Origin: Myxococcota bacterium
GTDB taxonomy: Bacteria; Myxococcota_A; UBA796; SXON01
DNA: 64,000 nucleotides
NCBI GenBank assembly: GCA_040386535.1
Contig: JAZKFH010000005.1
Location: 222,298-286,297 of the forward strand
Direction of reading: 5' to 3'
Shown here: positions 15,407-25,900 of the stretch, piece by piece
Numbering within the stretch: the first letter of the stretch is position 1
Layout: every line of letters begins with the position of its first letter
Made by a program: the position numbers and the translations under genes
The notes under the pieces: model-generated
Databases searched by the model: none
Told to the model about the DNA's origin: nothing
What the model saw: the letters and a program-made list of their open reading frames with translations, nothing else

Positions 15407-16171
15407 ATGGCGCTGCTCGGCCTGCCCGCTGCGGCCGTCCAGCTCGACGGCGCATGGATGCTCGGGGGGATTAGCGCCGTCCTTGCGACGGCGAGCGCGG
15501 GCGCGGTCTCGCAGTTCACACGGCAGAAGGCCGAGCGGGCGCGTCTCGAAATCGAAGATCGTGCGGTGTTCGAGCAGGCAGAGACGGACCGTCGGGCGCA
15601 GCACGACAAGGAACAGGCGCACAAGGGTCAGGAGCACGCCGCTGAAGAAGGGGCAAGAGGTCGCCTGCGCGCTGCGTTGGACAGCGGCGATCCGCAGGCG
15701 CTGGCCGAGCTCCTACACGTCGAGCTCCTGAACGAGGACTTTCCGGTTCCCGTCGTCGCCGAGGCCGAGTTCGACGGGCTCACCATCGTCGAGATTGAGG
15801 TCACGCTTCCCGAACTGGACGACGTGCCGGAGGACCGCCCCAACGTCCTCGCTTCCGGGAAGTTGAGCCGCAAGAAGATCGCTGCGAAGGACCGCGTGAG
15901 CATCTACGAGGACCTGCGGCGTGGCATCGCGCTTCGGCTCGCGTACGAAACCCTCCGGGTCCTCCCGACAGTACAGCGGGTCCGATGCCGGGGCACCTTC
16001 ACGGAGACGGGGCCCCGCGGCGAGGACGTTGAGCGAGTCGCGCTGCTCCTCGACCTCGAGCGGGCGCAGCTCGGGGAAATCGACCTCGATCGAGCGGACC
16101 CGTCAACCGCCCTGCGCGCGCTCGGCAAGTTCGGCTGCACGAAGAAGGGCGAGTTGAGGGAGGTGGGGTAG
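15407..16171 (+). CDS. Membrane-anchored protein with a domain like those in DUF4236/Mrr-associated proteins
   Basis: Two N-terminal hydrophobic segments, a coiled-coil, then LPELDDVP...SGKLSRKK...YEDLRRGIALRLAYE...LDRADPSTAL. The 5' end may be truncated. Confidence 0.55.
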   Translation: MALLGLPAAAVQLDGAWMLGGISAVLATASAGAVSQFTRQKAERARLEIEDRAVFEQAETDRRAQHDKEQAHKGQEHAAEEGARGRLRAALDSGDPQALAELLHVELLNEDFPVPVVAEAEFDGLTIVEIEVTLPELDDVPEDRPNVLASGKLSRKKIAAKDRVSIYEDLRRGIALRLAYETLRVLPTVQRVRCRGTFTETGPRGEDVERVALLLDLERAQLGEIDLDRADPSTALRALGKFGCTKKGELREVG

Positions 16172-16191
16172 CAGGCGGAGGTCCCCTGCCG

Positions 16192-16210
16192 GGGCAGCAG
16201 CAGGGCAGCA
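16192..16210. repeat. Direct repeat GGGCAGCA x2 (11-bp period), candidate integrase arm-type site
   Basis: ggggcagcagcagggcagca lies about 90 bp downstream of the ssrA 3' end. Confidence 0.45.
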
Positions 16211-16250
16211 AGCCCCCTCGCCGCTGCCCCTCGAACCCTCCGCCACCCCG

Positions 16251-16292
16251 AAAAAGCACAACGCCCGCCTGGTTTTCACCGGGCGGGCGTTG
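16251..16292 (-). terminator. Intrinsic terminator after ssrA
   Basis: Hairpin CAACGCCCGCCCGGT-GAAA-ACCAGGCGGGCGTTG followed by TGCTTTTT on the minus strand. Confidence 0.8.
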
Positions 16293-16298
16293 CAGGAA

Positions 16299-16667
16299 TG
16301 GTGGAGGCGGCGGGAGTCGAACCCGCGTCCGAAGCCCCTTCAAGAGTCAGAGATACGTGGCCTGCCGAAAACTCATCGGCGAGTGTCGTGATCTTTGATC
16401 ACCGTCAGAGCCCCCTGTTGAGTCTTCGCTCGCCCGGCGGGTGCTCGGCCCCGGGTCTGCTGCGGATCTGAAATATGCCCAGAAGAGTTCGATCACGCTC
16501 AACCGGACACCCAGGGGTCGCTATGCCTCTGGGACCTCAACTAAGCCGCGAGGGCCTCGCTGAAGTGGTTGCTGTTGTTGGCAGCTTACATTTGGATCGA
16601 TAGAGGCGACCCGCACCTTGCCACGCCCTTCGGCTGTCCAGAACCCCGTCGAAACCGGTACGCCCCC
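16299..16667 (-). ncRNA. ssrA: Transfer-messenger RNA (tmRNA); tag peptide ANNSNHFSEALAA* at 16541-16582
   Basis: 5' end GGGGGCGTACCGGTTTCGACGGGG; 3' T-arm and acceptor GGACGCGGGTTCGACTCCCGCCGCCTCCACCA; length 369 nt; tag ends in ALAA after a TAAGCT-GCC resume context. Confidence 0.97.
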
Positions 16668-16768
16668 GGTAGGGAAAGAGCACCGTGTGTTCCACGGCGC
16701 CGTGTCCGAGCCTAACGTGCTCCCGCGGCGTCCGATCGTCAAGGGGATCCCCTCCCCGGCCTGCACAT

Positions 16769-17242
16769 CTACCCGCACAGCACGCCGCTCTCGCACGCGT
16801 CCGCGGAGAAGGCGCCGCCCACGACATCGCCGCTGTCGAGCTCGATCCGGTAGGTGCCCGTGACCACGCCGCCCTCGGACGCGGTCACCACGACCTCTCC
16901 CGCGGTGCCGTACTGCTCGACGCCGCCGCCTGAGGGCGCGTACCAGGCGGTGCCGGAGCCGGCCTCGAAGGGGTAGGTGCCGGGCGCCAGCGGGAAGACG
17001 GCGCCCTCCCAGAGGGTGATGCGAACATGGGGCACGCCGTCGAACGAGGCGTCGCAGGTGGCCTCCTCCAGGCCGACGATGAGGCGCACGGCGGGGCCGT
17101 CGTCGGGGGCGCAGTCGGACTGGATGCGGGAGGGGCCGGCGGGGCCCGGGAGCACGCCGGTGTCCTCGGGCACCGAGGTATCCTCAGAACCGGTGTCGTC
17201 CACGCCGCCAGGACAGCCGACCAACAACATGACGAGCACCAT
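16769..17242 (-). CDS. Putative lipoprotein
   Basis: MVLVMLLVGC lipobox, an acidic DTG linker and a Cys-containing beta-rich domain. Confidence 0.65.
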   Translation of the reverse strand: MVLVMLLVGCPGGVDDTGSEDTSVPEDTGVLPGPAGPSRIQSDCAPDDGPAVRLIVGLEEATCDASFDGVPHVRITLWEGAVFPLAPGTYPFEAGSGTAWYAPSGGGVEQYGTAGEVVVTASEGGVVTGTYRIELDSGDVVGGAFSADACESGVLCG

Positions 17243-17330
17243 CGGCACCTCCGACGCGAGTGTAGCCGGCAACGTGGGCACGCGGCGGGCAGTGAGTAGC
17301 CGCCCCACTGTCACGAACTGTGCCACACGG

Positions 17331-17347
17331 CTGGCATCGACGTTGAA
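17331..17347 (+). promoter_or_regulatory. Possible sigma54-type promoter upstream of the stress genes
   Basis: CTGGCATCGACGTTGAA has a good -24 element but a non-canonical -12 (GA instead of GC). Confidence 0.3.
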
Positions 17348-17421
17348 CACCCCGCGCTCATGACTACCCAAGGAACACGAAGAGGCCGTGCCGCTGGATG
17401 GCTGGCCGGAGGGGAGGAGCG

Positions 17422-17814
17422 ATGCCACAGGACAAGAAGGGGCGCGGCGAAGGGGACATGACGGTCCGTGAAGCCGGGCGTTTGGGTGGAGAGAAACGCA
17501 GGGAGGAGCTTGGCTCCGAAGGCTACGCCGAGATCGGGAGGAAGGGCGGCGAGACCGTGGCGCGGGAGCGCGGCTCGGAGTTCTTCTCCGAGATTGGAAA
17601 GAAGGGCGGGGAGACCCGCAAGGAGCAGCTCGGCCACGAGGGCTACGCCGAGATCGGCCGCATGGGCGGCGAGGCGCGCAAGGAGCAGCTCGGCTCGGAA
17701 GGCTACGCCGAGATCGGCCACAAGGGCGGTCAACGCGTCCGCGAGCTCATCGAAGAGGGCAAGGAGGCCGAGGGGCGCCGCAACAAGGGCTCCGGGAGCG
17801 ACGAGGAACGCTGA
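17422..17814 (+). CDS. Em/LEA group 1 (GsiB/KGG-repeat) stress protein
   Basis: About five 20-aa repeats such as [20 protein letters not shown], after [15 protein letters not shown]. Confidence 0.88.
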   Translation: MPQDKKGRGEGDMTVREAGRLGGEKRREELGSEGYAEIGRKGGETVARERGSEFFSEIGKKGGETRKEQLGHEGYAEIGRMGGEARKEQLGSEGYAEIGHKGGQRVRELIEEGKEAEGRRNKGSGSDEER

Positions 17815-17892
17815 CGCGGCGCGGGGGGGCCCGAGGCCCTCCCAACCCCCAGCCGTCTCGTCGACGGGCCCGCAACCACGTTGGAGGAGATC

Positions 17893-18111
17893 ATGCCAAA
17901 AGATCAGGACAAAGGCGCCAGCGCCCCGAAGAGCGACGAAGACCGTGGCTCGATGACCGTCCGGGAAGCCGGACGCATGGGCGGCGAGAAGCGGCGCGAG
18001 GAGCTGGGTTCGGAGGGCTACGCGGAGATCGGGCACAAGGGCGGACAACGCGTCCGTGAGCTGATCGAGGCGGGAAAGCGCGCCGAGGGTGGAGAAGACA
18101 AGGACAAGTAG
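17893..18111 (+). CDS. Short Em/GsiB KGG-repeat stress protein paralog
   Basis: [39 protein letters not shown] is near-identical to the upstream gene. GGAGG RBS. Confidence 0.85.
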   Translation: MPKDQDKGASAPKSDEDRGSMTVREAGRMGGEKRREELGSEGYAEIGHKGGQRVRELIEAGKRAEGGEDKDK

Positions 18112-18209
18112 AACGGCGACGCGGGTCCCGGCCCGGTCGGGGCCCGCCTCTCGACGAGCGGGCATCCGCCACGCTGAGCGGGTAGCATGAGCGTCCCTCC
18201 GGATCGCCG

Positions 18210-19454
18210 ATGCTCCTCGCGCTCTTGTTTGCCTGTGACCCCGATGTCATCGAGCTGTTGGAGCGCCCCGAAGACACGGGCGAAGTGGCGGTCGAGACGG
18301 ACACGGAGACCGTGCCGGACAACGAGGACACCTCGGGCCGGGACACGGCCGACACCGAAGACACCACCAGCGACGAGGAGACGGAGGCGAAGTACCAGGC
18401 CTTCTACGATCCCGCCGTGGTGCAGGTGATCGAGCTGGAGCTGTCGCGGGACGCGATGCAGGACTTGCGACGGGATCCGTTCACGTACGTCGAGGGCGGC
18501 GTCACGATCAACGGCGAGCGATTCGACACGGTGGGGATCCGGCTCAAGGGGAGCTCGAGCTACCAGGACTTCGACGGCAAGCCGGCGTTCAAGATCAAGC
18601 TCAACAACTACGTTCCCGGCCAGAAATACGCGGGGCTCGAACGTGTCACGTTGAACAACATGGTCGGCGACCCCACCCAATCCAAGGAGATGATCGGGTA
18701 CGCGCTCTGGACCGCGCAGGGCATGCTGGTGCCGCGGGTGAGCTACGCGCGCGTGTCGCTGAACGGCGAGCTCCAGGGGCTCTACACCAACCTCGAAGCG
18801 ATGGACGACCACCTGCTGGAGCGCCACTACGGCGACGGCTCGGGCGACCTCTGGGAGGGAAACGACTCGGCCGACTTCTCGCGTCGGGGCCTGTCCCACT
18901 TCGAGCTGGTGTCGGGCGTCGGCGACTACGACGCGCTCGAGACGGTGAAGCAGACCCTCAACGGCGCGCCCGCCGACGCGTTCCTGGAGGAGGCCGACGC
19001 GGTCATCGACATGGACTCGTTCCTCGACTTCTGGGCCTACAGCATCGCGATCGGCAACGAGGACGGCTACCCCTACAACCTCAACGACTACTTCGTGTAT
19101 CGCGACGTGGGAGACGCCCGGTTCGACTTTGCTCCCTGGGGCATGGACGAGAGTTGGGACACAGGCATGGTTTGGAACGCCGTGACCGGCAACGTGGCAG
19201 AGGGCTGCCTGGACGACGAGGACTGTGTCACCGCGCTCTACGAACACACCGCCGAGGCCGTGCTCGCCTACGAGGCGATGGATCTCGAGTCCTGGGCCCT
19301 GGGCGTCTGGGATCTGTCGGAGCCCATCGTCGAGGAGGATCTGCGGCGCCCCTACAGCACCGCCGAGGTGCTCGCGGCGCGCTCGACGCTCCTGGCGCAG
19401 ATCACCGTCTGGCCCAGCCGCGTGCGTCGACAGATGGGCCTCCCCGCGCGCTGA
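18210..19454 (+). CDS. CotH kinase family lipoprotein
   Basis: LLFAC lipobox; GIRLKGSSS, KPAFKIKLN, LNNMVGDP, GLYTNLE, GNEDGY, FAPWGMDESW. Confidence 0.88.
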   Translation: MLLALLFACDPDVIELLERPEDTGEVAVETDTETVPDNEDTSGRDTADTEDTTSDEETEAKYQAFYDPAVVQVIELELSRDAMQDLRRDPFTYVEGGVTINGERFDTVGIRLKGSSSYQDFDGKPAFKIKLNNYVPGQKYAGLERVTLNNMVGDPTQSKEMIGYALWTAQGMLVPRVSYARVSLNGELQGLYTNLEAMDDHLLERHYGDGSGDLWEGNDSADFSRRGLSHFELVSGVGDYDALETVKQTLNGAPADAFLEEADAVIDMDSFLDFWAYSIAIGNEDGYPYNLNDYFVYRDVGDARFDFAPWGMDESWDTGMVWNAVTGNVAEGCLDDEDCVTALYEHTAEAVLAYEAMDLESWALGVWDLSEPIVEEDLRRPYSTAEVLAARSTLLAQITVWPSRVRRQMGLPAR

Positions 19455-19561
19455 CCGGCCCGCTGCTCCGCGAGGGACCGCGTCCCCGCTCGTTTCCCGC
19501 ACGCCTCCGCCCGCACCCGCCCGCCCCCGCCAGGATAGGCGCCCCGCCGCACCGAGCCGAC

Positions 19562-20224
19562 ATGCTCCCCTGGGTCAACCTCGCCACCTCCGCCACCCCC
19601 GACGGCACGCCGCTCACCCTCGACCAGCGGGGCACCGAGCTGGTGATCCGCGCGGGCGGGAAGGACCTTATGTCGAGCCGGATGCACGGCTCGGAAGAGG
19701 CGATGGCCGCGCTCGCCAAGCCTGCCGACCGTCCGAACGCGCGGATCCTCGTGGGGGGCCTCGGCATGGGGTTCACCCTCCGCGCGGCCCTCGGCGTCCT
19801 CCCGGCCGGTGGCATGTGCACGGTCGCCGAGCTGGTCCCCGCGGTGGTCGACTGGAACCGCGGCCCGCTGGGCCCGCTGGCGGGGCACCCCCTCGACGAT
19901 CCACGCGCCGTGCTGCGGATCGAGGACATCCGCGAGGTGTTGCGCACAACGCCGGACACGTGGGACAGCATCCTGCTCGACGTGGACAACGGCCCCGACG
20001 CGTTCACCCAGCCCGAGAACGACGCGATCTACACGATCGCGGGGCTCCAACGCGCCCGCATGGCGTTGCGGCGCGGCGGTGTCCTCGCGGTGTGGTCGGC
20101 CTACGAGTCGCCCGAGTTCCCAAAGCGCCTGCAGAAGGCCGGCTTCCGCCCCGAGTCCCACCGCGTGCGGGCGCGCGCCGAGGGCAAGGGCCCCCGACAC
20201 GTGATCTACATCGGCCGGATCTGA
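19562..20224 (+). CDS. Spermidine-synthase-like SAM-dependent methyltransferase
   Basis: LMSSRMHGSEE, ILVGGLGMGFTL, VAELVPAVVDWN, ILLDVDNGP. Confidence 0.85.
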   Translation: MLPWVNLATSATPDGTPLTLDQRGTELVIRAGGKDLMSSRMHGSEEAMAALAKPADRPNARILVGGLGMGFTLRAALGVLPAGGMCTVAELVPAVVDWNRGPLGPLAGHPLDDPRAVLRIEDIREVLRTTPDTWDSILLDVDNGPDAFTQPENDAIYTIAGLQRARMALRRGGVLAVWSAYESPEFPKRLQKAGFRPESHRVRARAEGKGPRHVIYIGRI

Positions 20225-20228
20225 GCCC

Positions 20229-22772
20229 CTACGAGGCGCTCGGCGCCGGGACCTTCTCGGGCAGCTCCCCCGCGACGATGCCGACGGTCAGCCCCTCGAC
20301 CTCGGTGGCGTAGGTCGCGGTGTCGAACCGCACCTCGCCGGCGCGCGACACGGCCTGGATCGACGCCTTCATGGCGTGGACCACCTGCTGGAGTTCCGCG
20401 GGGGCGACGGAGAGATCGACCACGACAGCTTCGAGCGCCCGGGTCTGGGAGAGGCGCGCCTCGGTGCGGAGCTGGCGCACCGCGCGGAGGATGCCGCCCA
20501 CCACGAGCATCTCGGGCACCTCGGCGGTGCGGTCGGCGTCGAACTCGGGAAACCGCGTCACGTGCAGCGACACCGTGCCCTCGACCGGGCGGTAGATCGC
20601 CTGGTAGAGATCCTCGGTGGTGAACGGCACGAACGGCGCGTACAACCCCAGGATCACGCGGAGCGCCTCCCAGAGCGTGGCCCGCGCGGAGACCCGGGCC
20701 TCCTCGGAGTAGAGCTCCGGCTTCCAGAAGCGGTGCTTCACCATCTCGAGGTAGTCGTCGCAGAAGGTGGCCCAGAAGAAACGGTCGACCGACTCGCGCG
20801 CGACAGCGTAGTTGTAGGTCTCGAACCCCTCGGACACCACGGGCACGATCTTGTTGAGCTCGGTGAGGAGCCAGCGATCCTCGGGCTGCCGCTCGGCGAA
20901 GCTGGGGCGCGGCGCCTCGGGATCGAAGCCCTCGATCTGCATGAGCACGAAGCGCGCGGCGTTCCAGAGCTTGACCGCGAGCTTGCGGCCGTCCTTCACG
21001 TCCTTCTCGTTGAACTTCATGTCGTGGCCGAGGTGGCTGCCCGCCGCCCAGTACCGCAGCGCGTCCGCCCCGAACTTGTGGATGACACCGAACGGCTCGT
21101 AGCGGTTGTAGCCGTCCTTGTCGGTGAACTTCTCCAGATCGGTCTTGCTGATCTTCTTGCCGTTCTCGTTCAGGCCCCAACCCGAGATCATCACGTCCTT
21201 CCAGGGCAACGTGTCGAGGTGGGCGTCGCTCTTGATGAGCGTGTAGAACAGCCACGTCCGGATGATCTCGAACGCCTGCACGCGCACGGTCATCGGGTGG
21301 AGCGACATGTCGCCCTTGCGGCCCGGGGTCTCCGCCCAATTGGCATTGAGGAGCGGGGTGAGGGACGACGTCATCCACGTGTCCATCACGTCCGACTCGC
21401 CGCGGAATTCGGTGCTGCCACAATGCGGGCACTTGTCCACCGGGCAGGGCTCCTCGACCGGATCCACGGGGAGAGACGCCACGTCCGCGAGGATCGGCTC
21501 GTTACAGCCCTGGCAGTACCAGAGCGGGAACGGCACGCCGTAGAACCGCTGGCGGGAGATGTTCCAATCGTACTTGAGGCCCTCGATCCAATGATCGAGG
21601 CGCACCTTCATCCACGGCGGGTTCCAATTCAACTCGGCGCTACGGGCCAACATCTGCGGCTTGATGTCGAGCACGCGGATGAACCACTGGGGGGCCATGT
21701 TGAATTCGACCGGCACGCCCGACCGTTCGGCGATCGAAACGTTCTGCTCGACGGTGATCGACTTGCGGTGGAACCCACCCTCTGCCAACGCGCTCACGAT
21801 GGCGTTGCGGGCGAGCTCCGCGGTCATCCCCGCGAACTGGCCGGCGGCGGGCAACATCTTTCCGTCCGGCCCGATGACGAGGCGCGTCTCGAGCTTGTCG
21901 CGCTTCCACTTGCGCACGTCCTCGCCGTCGCCGAAGGTACACACCATCATCAGGCCGGTGCCGAAGGCGGGATCGACGGCCTCGTCCGTGAGGATGGGGA
22001 CCGCGTGGCCGAACAACGGCACGACCGCGGTGGTGCCCTTCAAGTGGGCGTACCGCTCGTCCTCGGGGTGGTGGTACAGCCCCACACACGCCGGGATGAG
22101 CTCGGGCCGCGTGGTCGAGATGACGAGCGGCGATCCGTCCGCGGACGCGGTGAACGCGATGTCGTGGAGCTTGCCCTTGCGCGCCATCGTGTCGAGGTCG
22201 GCCTGGGCCAGGGCGGTCTCGTAGTGGACGTCCCACAACACGGGCTCGTTGGAGCGGTACACGCGGCCCTTGCCGAACAAGTCGAGGAACGACTTCTGGG
22301 CGGTGCGACGACAGTGGTCGTCGATGGTCGAGTAGCGGAGCGTCCAATCGACGGAGAGCCCGAGCCCGCGCCAGAGCTCCTCGTACTGGGCGGCGCCCTT
22401 CCGGGTCTCCTCCAGGCAGAGAACGCGGAACGCCGCGCGCGTGGTGACGCGCTTGTTGATGTTGTAGGTCTTCTCGACGAACCGCTCGGTGGGGAGCCCG
22501 TTGTCGTCGAACCCCATCGGGTAGAACACCTTGCGGCCCTTCATCCGTTGGTAGCGGATGATGATCTCGGCCTGCGTGTAGGACATCGCGTGCCCGACGT
22601 GCAGGTGCGCGGCCGAGACGTAGGGCGGCGGCGTGTCGACCGAGAAGATCTCCCCGGGGGCGTCGGGGTCGTAGCGGTAGATGCCGCTCTCCTCCCAGAG
22701 GGTGCGGCAGCGCGCCTCGATCGAGGGCGCGTCGTAGTCCTTGGGGATCTCGGGGAGGGTCAGGGTCGCCAT
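20229..22772 (-). CDS. valS: Valine--tRNA ligase (archaeal-type, short C-terminus)
   Basis: FSVDTPPPYVS-HVGH (HIGH), GFDDNGLPTER, TTRPEL editing domain, DWNISRQR, DVMDTWMTSS, and the KMSKS equivalent KISKT. Confidence 0.93.
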   Translation of the reverse strand: MATLTLPEIPKDYDAPSIEARCRTLWEESGIYRYDPDAPGEIFSVDTPPPYVSAAHLHVGHAMSYTQAEIIIRYQRMKGRKVFYPMGFDDNGLPTERFVEKTYNINKRVTTRAAFRVLCLEETRKGAAQYEELWRGLGLSVDWTLRYSTIDDHCRRTAQKSFLDLFGKGRVYRSNEPVLWDVHYETALAQADLDTMARKGKLHDIAFTASADGSPLVISTTRPELIPACVGLYHHPEDERYAHLKGTTAVVPLFGHAVPILTDEAVDPAFGTGLMMVCTFGDGEDVRKWKRDKLETRLVIGPDGKMLPAAGQFAGMTAELARNAIVSALAEGGFHRKSITVEQNVSIAERSGVPVEFNMAPQWFIRVLDIKPQMLARSAELNWNPPWMKVRLDHWIEGLKYDWNISRQRFYGVPFPLWYCQGCNEPILADVASLPVDPVEEPCPVDKCPHCGSTEFRGESDVMDTWMTSSLTPLLNANWAETPGRKGDMSLHPMTVRVQAFEIIRTWLFYTLIKSDAHLDTLPWKDVMISGWGLNENGKKISKTDLEKFTDKDGYNRYEPFGVIHKFGADALRYWAAGSHLGHDMKFNEKDVKDGRKLAVKLWNAARFVLMQIEGFDPEAPRPSFAERQPEDRWLLTELNKIVPVVSEGFETYNYAVARESVDRFFWATFCDDYLEMVKHRFWKPELYSEEARVSARATLWEALRVILGLYAPFVPFTTEDLYQAIYRPVEGTVSLHVTRFPEFDADRTAEVPEMLVVGGILRAVRQLRTEARLSQTRALEAVVVDLSVAPAELQQVVHAMKASIQAVSRAGEVRFDTATYATEVEGLTVGIVAGELPEKVPAPSAS

Positions 22773-22972
22773 GGTGCTCCGGTGCCGCGAGCCGGACCGC
22801 CAGGTGCGGTACCGGCGGGATCGCGGGGGCGGGCCTTTATCGACCGGACACCACCTTGTAAAGACGGGCGCTCGATCGCGGAGCCCCCGTCGGAAGCGAA
22901 ATACACCGGTTGAAATGCTCGGAATCGTCGTCGTCCCCCGAGGGTCGAAGGGGTCCTGATGGGAGGAACGCG

Positions 22973-25900
22973 ATGCGTAGGATGTCGACGAGGTGCCAAC
23001 CGACCCCGCGGTGGGGATGGCTTGTCCTGCTCGGGGGCCTGACCGCCTGCGGGTACGACATGCCGTGGGGAGCCCCCCAAGCGACCGGGAGTCCGGCCGG
23101 ATCCGGTCGGACCGGTGACACGAGGACGGGCGACGAGCGGGAGCCCATGGATCCGAACGCGGAGCCGTCGAAGGCCACGGGCGTCTTCGAAGAGCGGTTC
23201 GTGAAGCACGGCTATGGCGCCGCGTGGACGATCCGCACGGTGGACCTCGACGCAAACGGCACCAAGGAGCTCCTGTACGGAGGCAAGGGCGTCGTCGCGG
23301 TCGGGGAGGACGACGAGCCGCTCTGGACGTTCGAGCTCCCGGCCGTCGAGGGAGAGCAGGCGTACGACCACGGAGGGATCGACCAGGACAAGCTCGACGA
23401 TCGGAAGCGGGACGAGGGAAGGCTGGGCGACGATCCCCGCATGGCCGACTCCTCTTCCGATCAGGAGAAATCGGACCAGGAGAAGTACGACGCGGAGAAG
23501 AAGGAGCAGAAATACGCGGAGAAGCTCCGGTTCATGGGCGTGCATGTCCGCGAGCTGCGCACCTCCGAGGGCACGTTGTTGGTGCTCGACAGCGCCAACC
23601 GCGTTCACCGGCTCGACGCCAAGACGGGAGAGCTGCTCTACACGGTCGAGCTCGAAGGCAACAACAACGCCTGCGACTTCGCGCTCCTCGACGCCGATGG
23701 GGACGACGTCCCCGACTTCTTCCCGAGCGGCGGCACGTCCGCCTACTCCGGTGCGACCGGCGAGAAGCTCTGGGACGCGGACATCGACTTCACGCCGTCG
23801 ATCGTCAAGTCTGGCAACCTGGACACGAAGCGGGGGCGTGAGCTCCTGCTGATCGGAAACCCCGAATCGTCAGGGGAGAAGCAGGACTACAACATCTGCC
23901 CCGCCGAGAAGAACGCGCTCGAGGCGATGCACGAGGGCACCAAGGAGGGTGCCGAACAGGAGGGTGGCGAACGGGTCGGGAAGCGGCAGCCGGGCATGGA
24001 CAGCGCCCCGCGGCCGAGCGACACGGAGTCGTCTCCCTACCAGCGCCCCGCGCAAGGGAGCGGTCGCGACGAGGGCCGGGATGAGGGCCGGGATGAGGGC
24101 CGGGACGAGATGCAGAACGGGATCGTGGCCGTCGATGCCACGGGCAAGACCCTCTTCACGGGCAACGTGCCGCAGGGCGAGATCTACACCGCCTTCATCC
24201 ACGATCTCGACGGCGACCGGCGTGGCGAGGCGATCATCGGCCTGCGCGACAACGTGTTGATGCTCGACTCGCAGGGGCAGGTGGTCCAGGAGTTCGCGGT
24301 CGACGGCAAGGTGGAGGGGATCCTCGCCCAGGATCTCGACAACGACGACCAGGACGACCTGATCGTGCACGCGTACGACCAGGACCAGTCCACGGTCTAC
24401 GGGTTTGGCCAGGACGGCGAGGAGCTGTGGAACGCCCCGCTGGGGGCGCGGGCGTACACGATCGAGGCCATCGACCTCGACGACGACGGCACCAACGAGC
24501 TGATCACGGCCCTCGGCTACGGCACGGAACAGGATCGCGCGAAGATGGGGAACGCGCCGACGGTGGCGTGGACCCTCGGCCCGAACGGCCCCGAGGAGCT
24601 CTGGCGCGTCGAGACGCTGGTGCCCGCGCGGGCGTTCGTCGCCATCGAGGGGGAGCAGGAGGGCGAGGGCCGGATGGGGGAGAACGAGCTGCTCATCGCC
24701 AGCGGCGACGCCCAGATCCACCTCGTGTCGCCCGCGACCGGCGAGACCCTCGAGACCATGTCCGCCGGCAGCATGAACCACGCCATGGGCGCGGGAGACC
24801 TGGACGGGGACGGGATCGCGGAGGTCATCAACGGCGACGTGTTCGGGAACGTCACGGCGATCGGCCAGGACGGCGATCGTCTGTTCGAGACGCGGCTCGA
24901 GAGCGACGGCCCGGCCGTCATCACGGGCATCGAGGTGGCGAAGAACGAGGACGGCAAGGCCGGGATGTTCGTGGTGAGCGGCTTCTCGTGGCGCGGCGAG
25001 GACGCTGGGGTGCTCCAGGCCTTCGACGACCAGGGGAACACCCTGTTCTCGGTGACCACGCCCAACGGCCTGGCCGAGGCGAAGTTCGCGGACCTGGATG
25101 GGGACGGGCAGCAGGAGATCGTCGTCCCCTACTTCGGGTTCCGTGTGGGTCAGGAGCAGGAGACGCTGCGCGATCAGCAGGGTCAGGGCCGGGGTCAGGG
25201 CCAGGGTCAGGGTCAGCAGGGCCGGCAAGGCTCGCAGGACGACCAGCGCGAGGAGCCGCGCCAGCAGCCGATGGGCGATCAGGCCTGCGGGGTGCTCGCG
25301 TACGACCTCGACGGCAACCTGCTCTGGCAGAAGGACATGGCCGACTGTGACATCAGCCAGATCGCGGTGGGTGACAGCGACGGCGACGGCATCGACGAGA
25401 TCGCGTACGGCGACCTCGGGCGCAACGCGCCGTACCACCTGGCGCTCCTCGACGGCGAGGGAGAGGTCCGGTGGGACATCACGTCGGAGGGTGACGACGC
25501 CGTCTGGATCGAGATCATCGACGGGGGTGTGGCCTTCGGCGGGCGCAGCGACCAGGAGGATGGGCACGTGACCGTCCTCGATGCGCAGGACGGCCAGGAG
25601 CGCTGGCGGATGGACGCCGGCAGTGCGGGCGACGAGGTCCCGGAGATGGAGGACTCGCCGTTCGGGGCCTTCGCCGGATCGCTGTTCGGGTACGAGATCG
25701 ACGACGTGAACGGCGATCGGATGGCCGATCTGGCGTACACCACCGCGAACGGCGACGTGCGCGTGGTCGATGGCATGAACGGCGAGCCGATCTGGGAGGG
25801 CTCGCTCAAGGACGCCGCCCAACAGTCGCGCGACGATCGGGGAGACATGGACCAGGACCGGGACGTGGCGGACCTGGTGGGCGGCCCGTTGACCTACGTG

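Larger units (their letters stand above)
1..16290. mobile_element. Probable genomic island adjacent to the ssrA 3' end (far boundary outside window)
   Basis: Accessory genes lie directly downstream of ssrA, a known integration hotspot, with arm-like repeats next to it. No integrase or duplicated att site was seen in the window. Confidence 0.6.

Noticed and set aside
1..16290. Viperin/radical SAM gene or integrase in the island
   Set aside because: No CxxxCxxC radical-SAM ORF and no tyrosine or serine recombinase motifs were seen in the window; either could lie beyond the left edge.
16299..16335. tRNA-like T-arm and CCA end
   Set aside because: It is the 3' end of tmRNA; the matching 5' acceptor strand and tag reading frame lie upstream.
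15999..16827. Short ORFs overlapping ssrA
   Set aside because: Spurious frames across the structured RNA gene and its terminator.
17460..18080. 60-bp periodic repeats as a CRISPR array
   Set aside because: They are in-frame coding repeats of Em/GsiB proteins with no unique spacers and no cas genes.
20376..22913. 845-aa plus-strand ORF
   Set aside because: Antisense to valS.
23870..25822. 650-aa minus-strand ORF
   Set aside because: Antisense to the FG-GAP lipoprotein.
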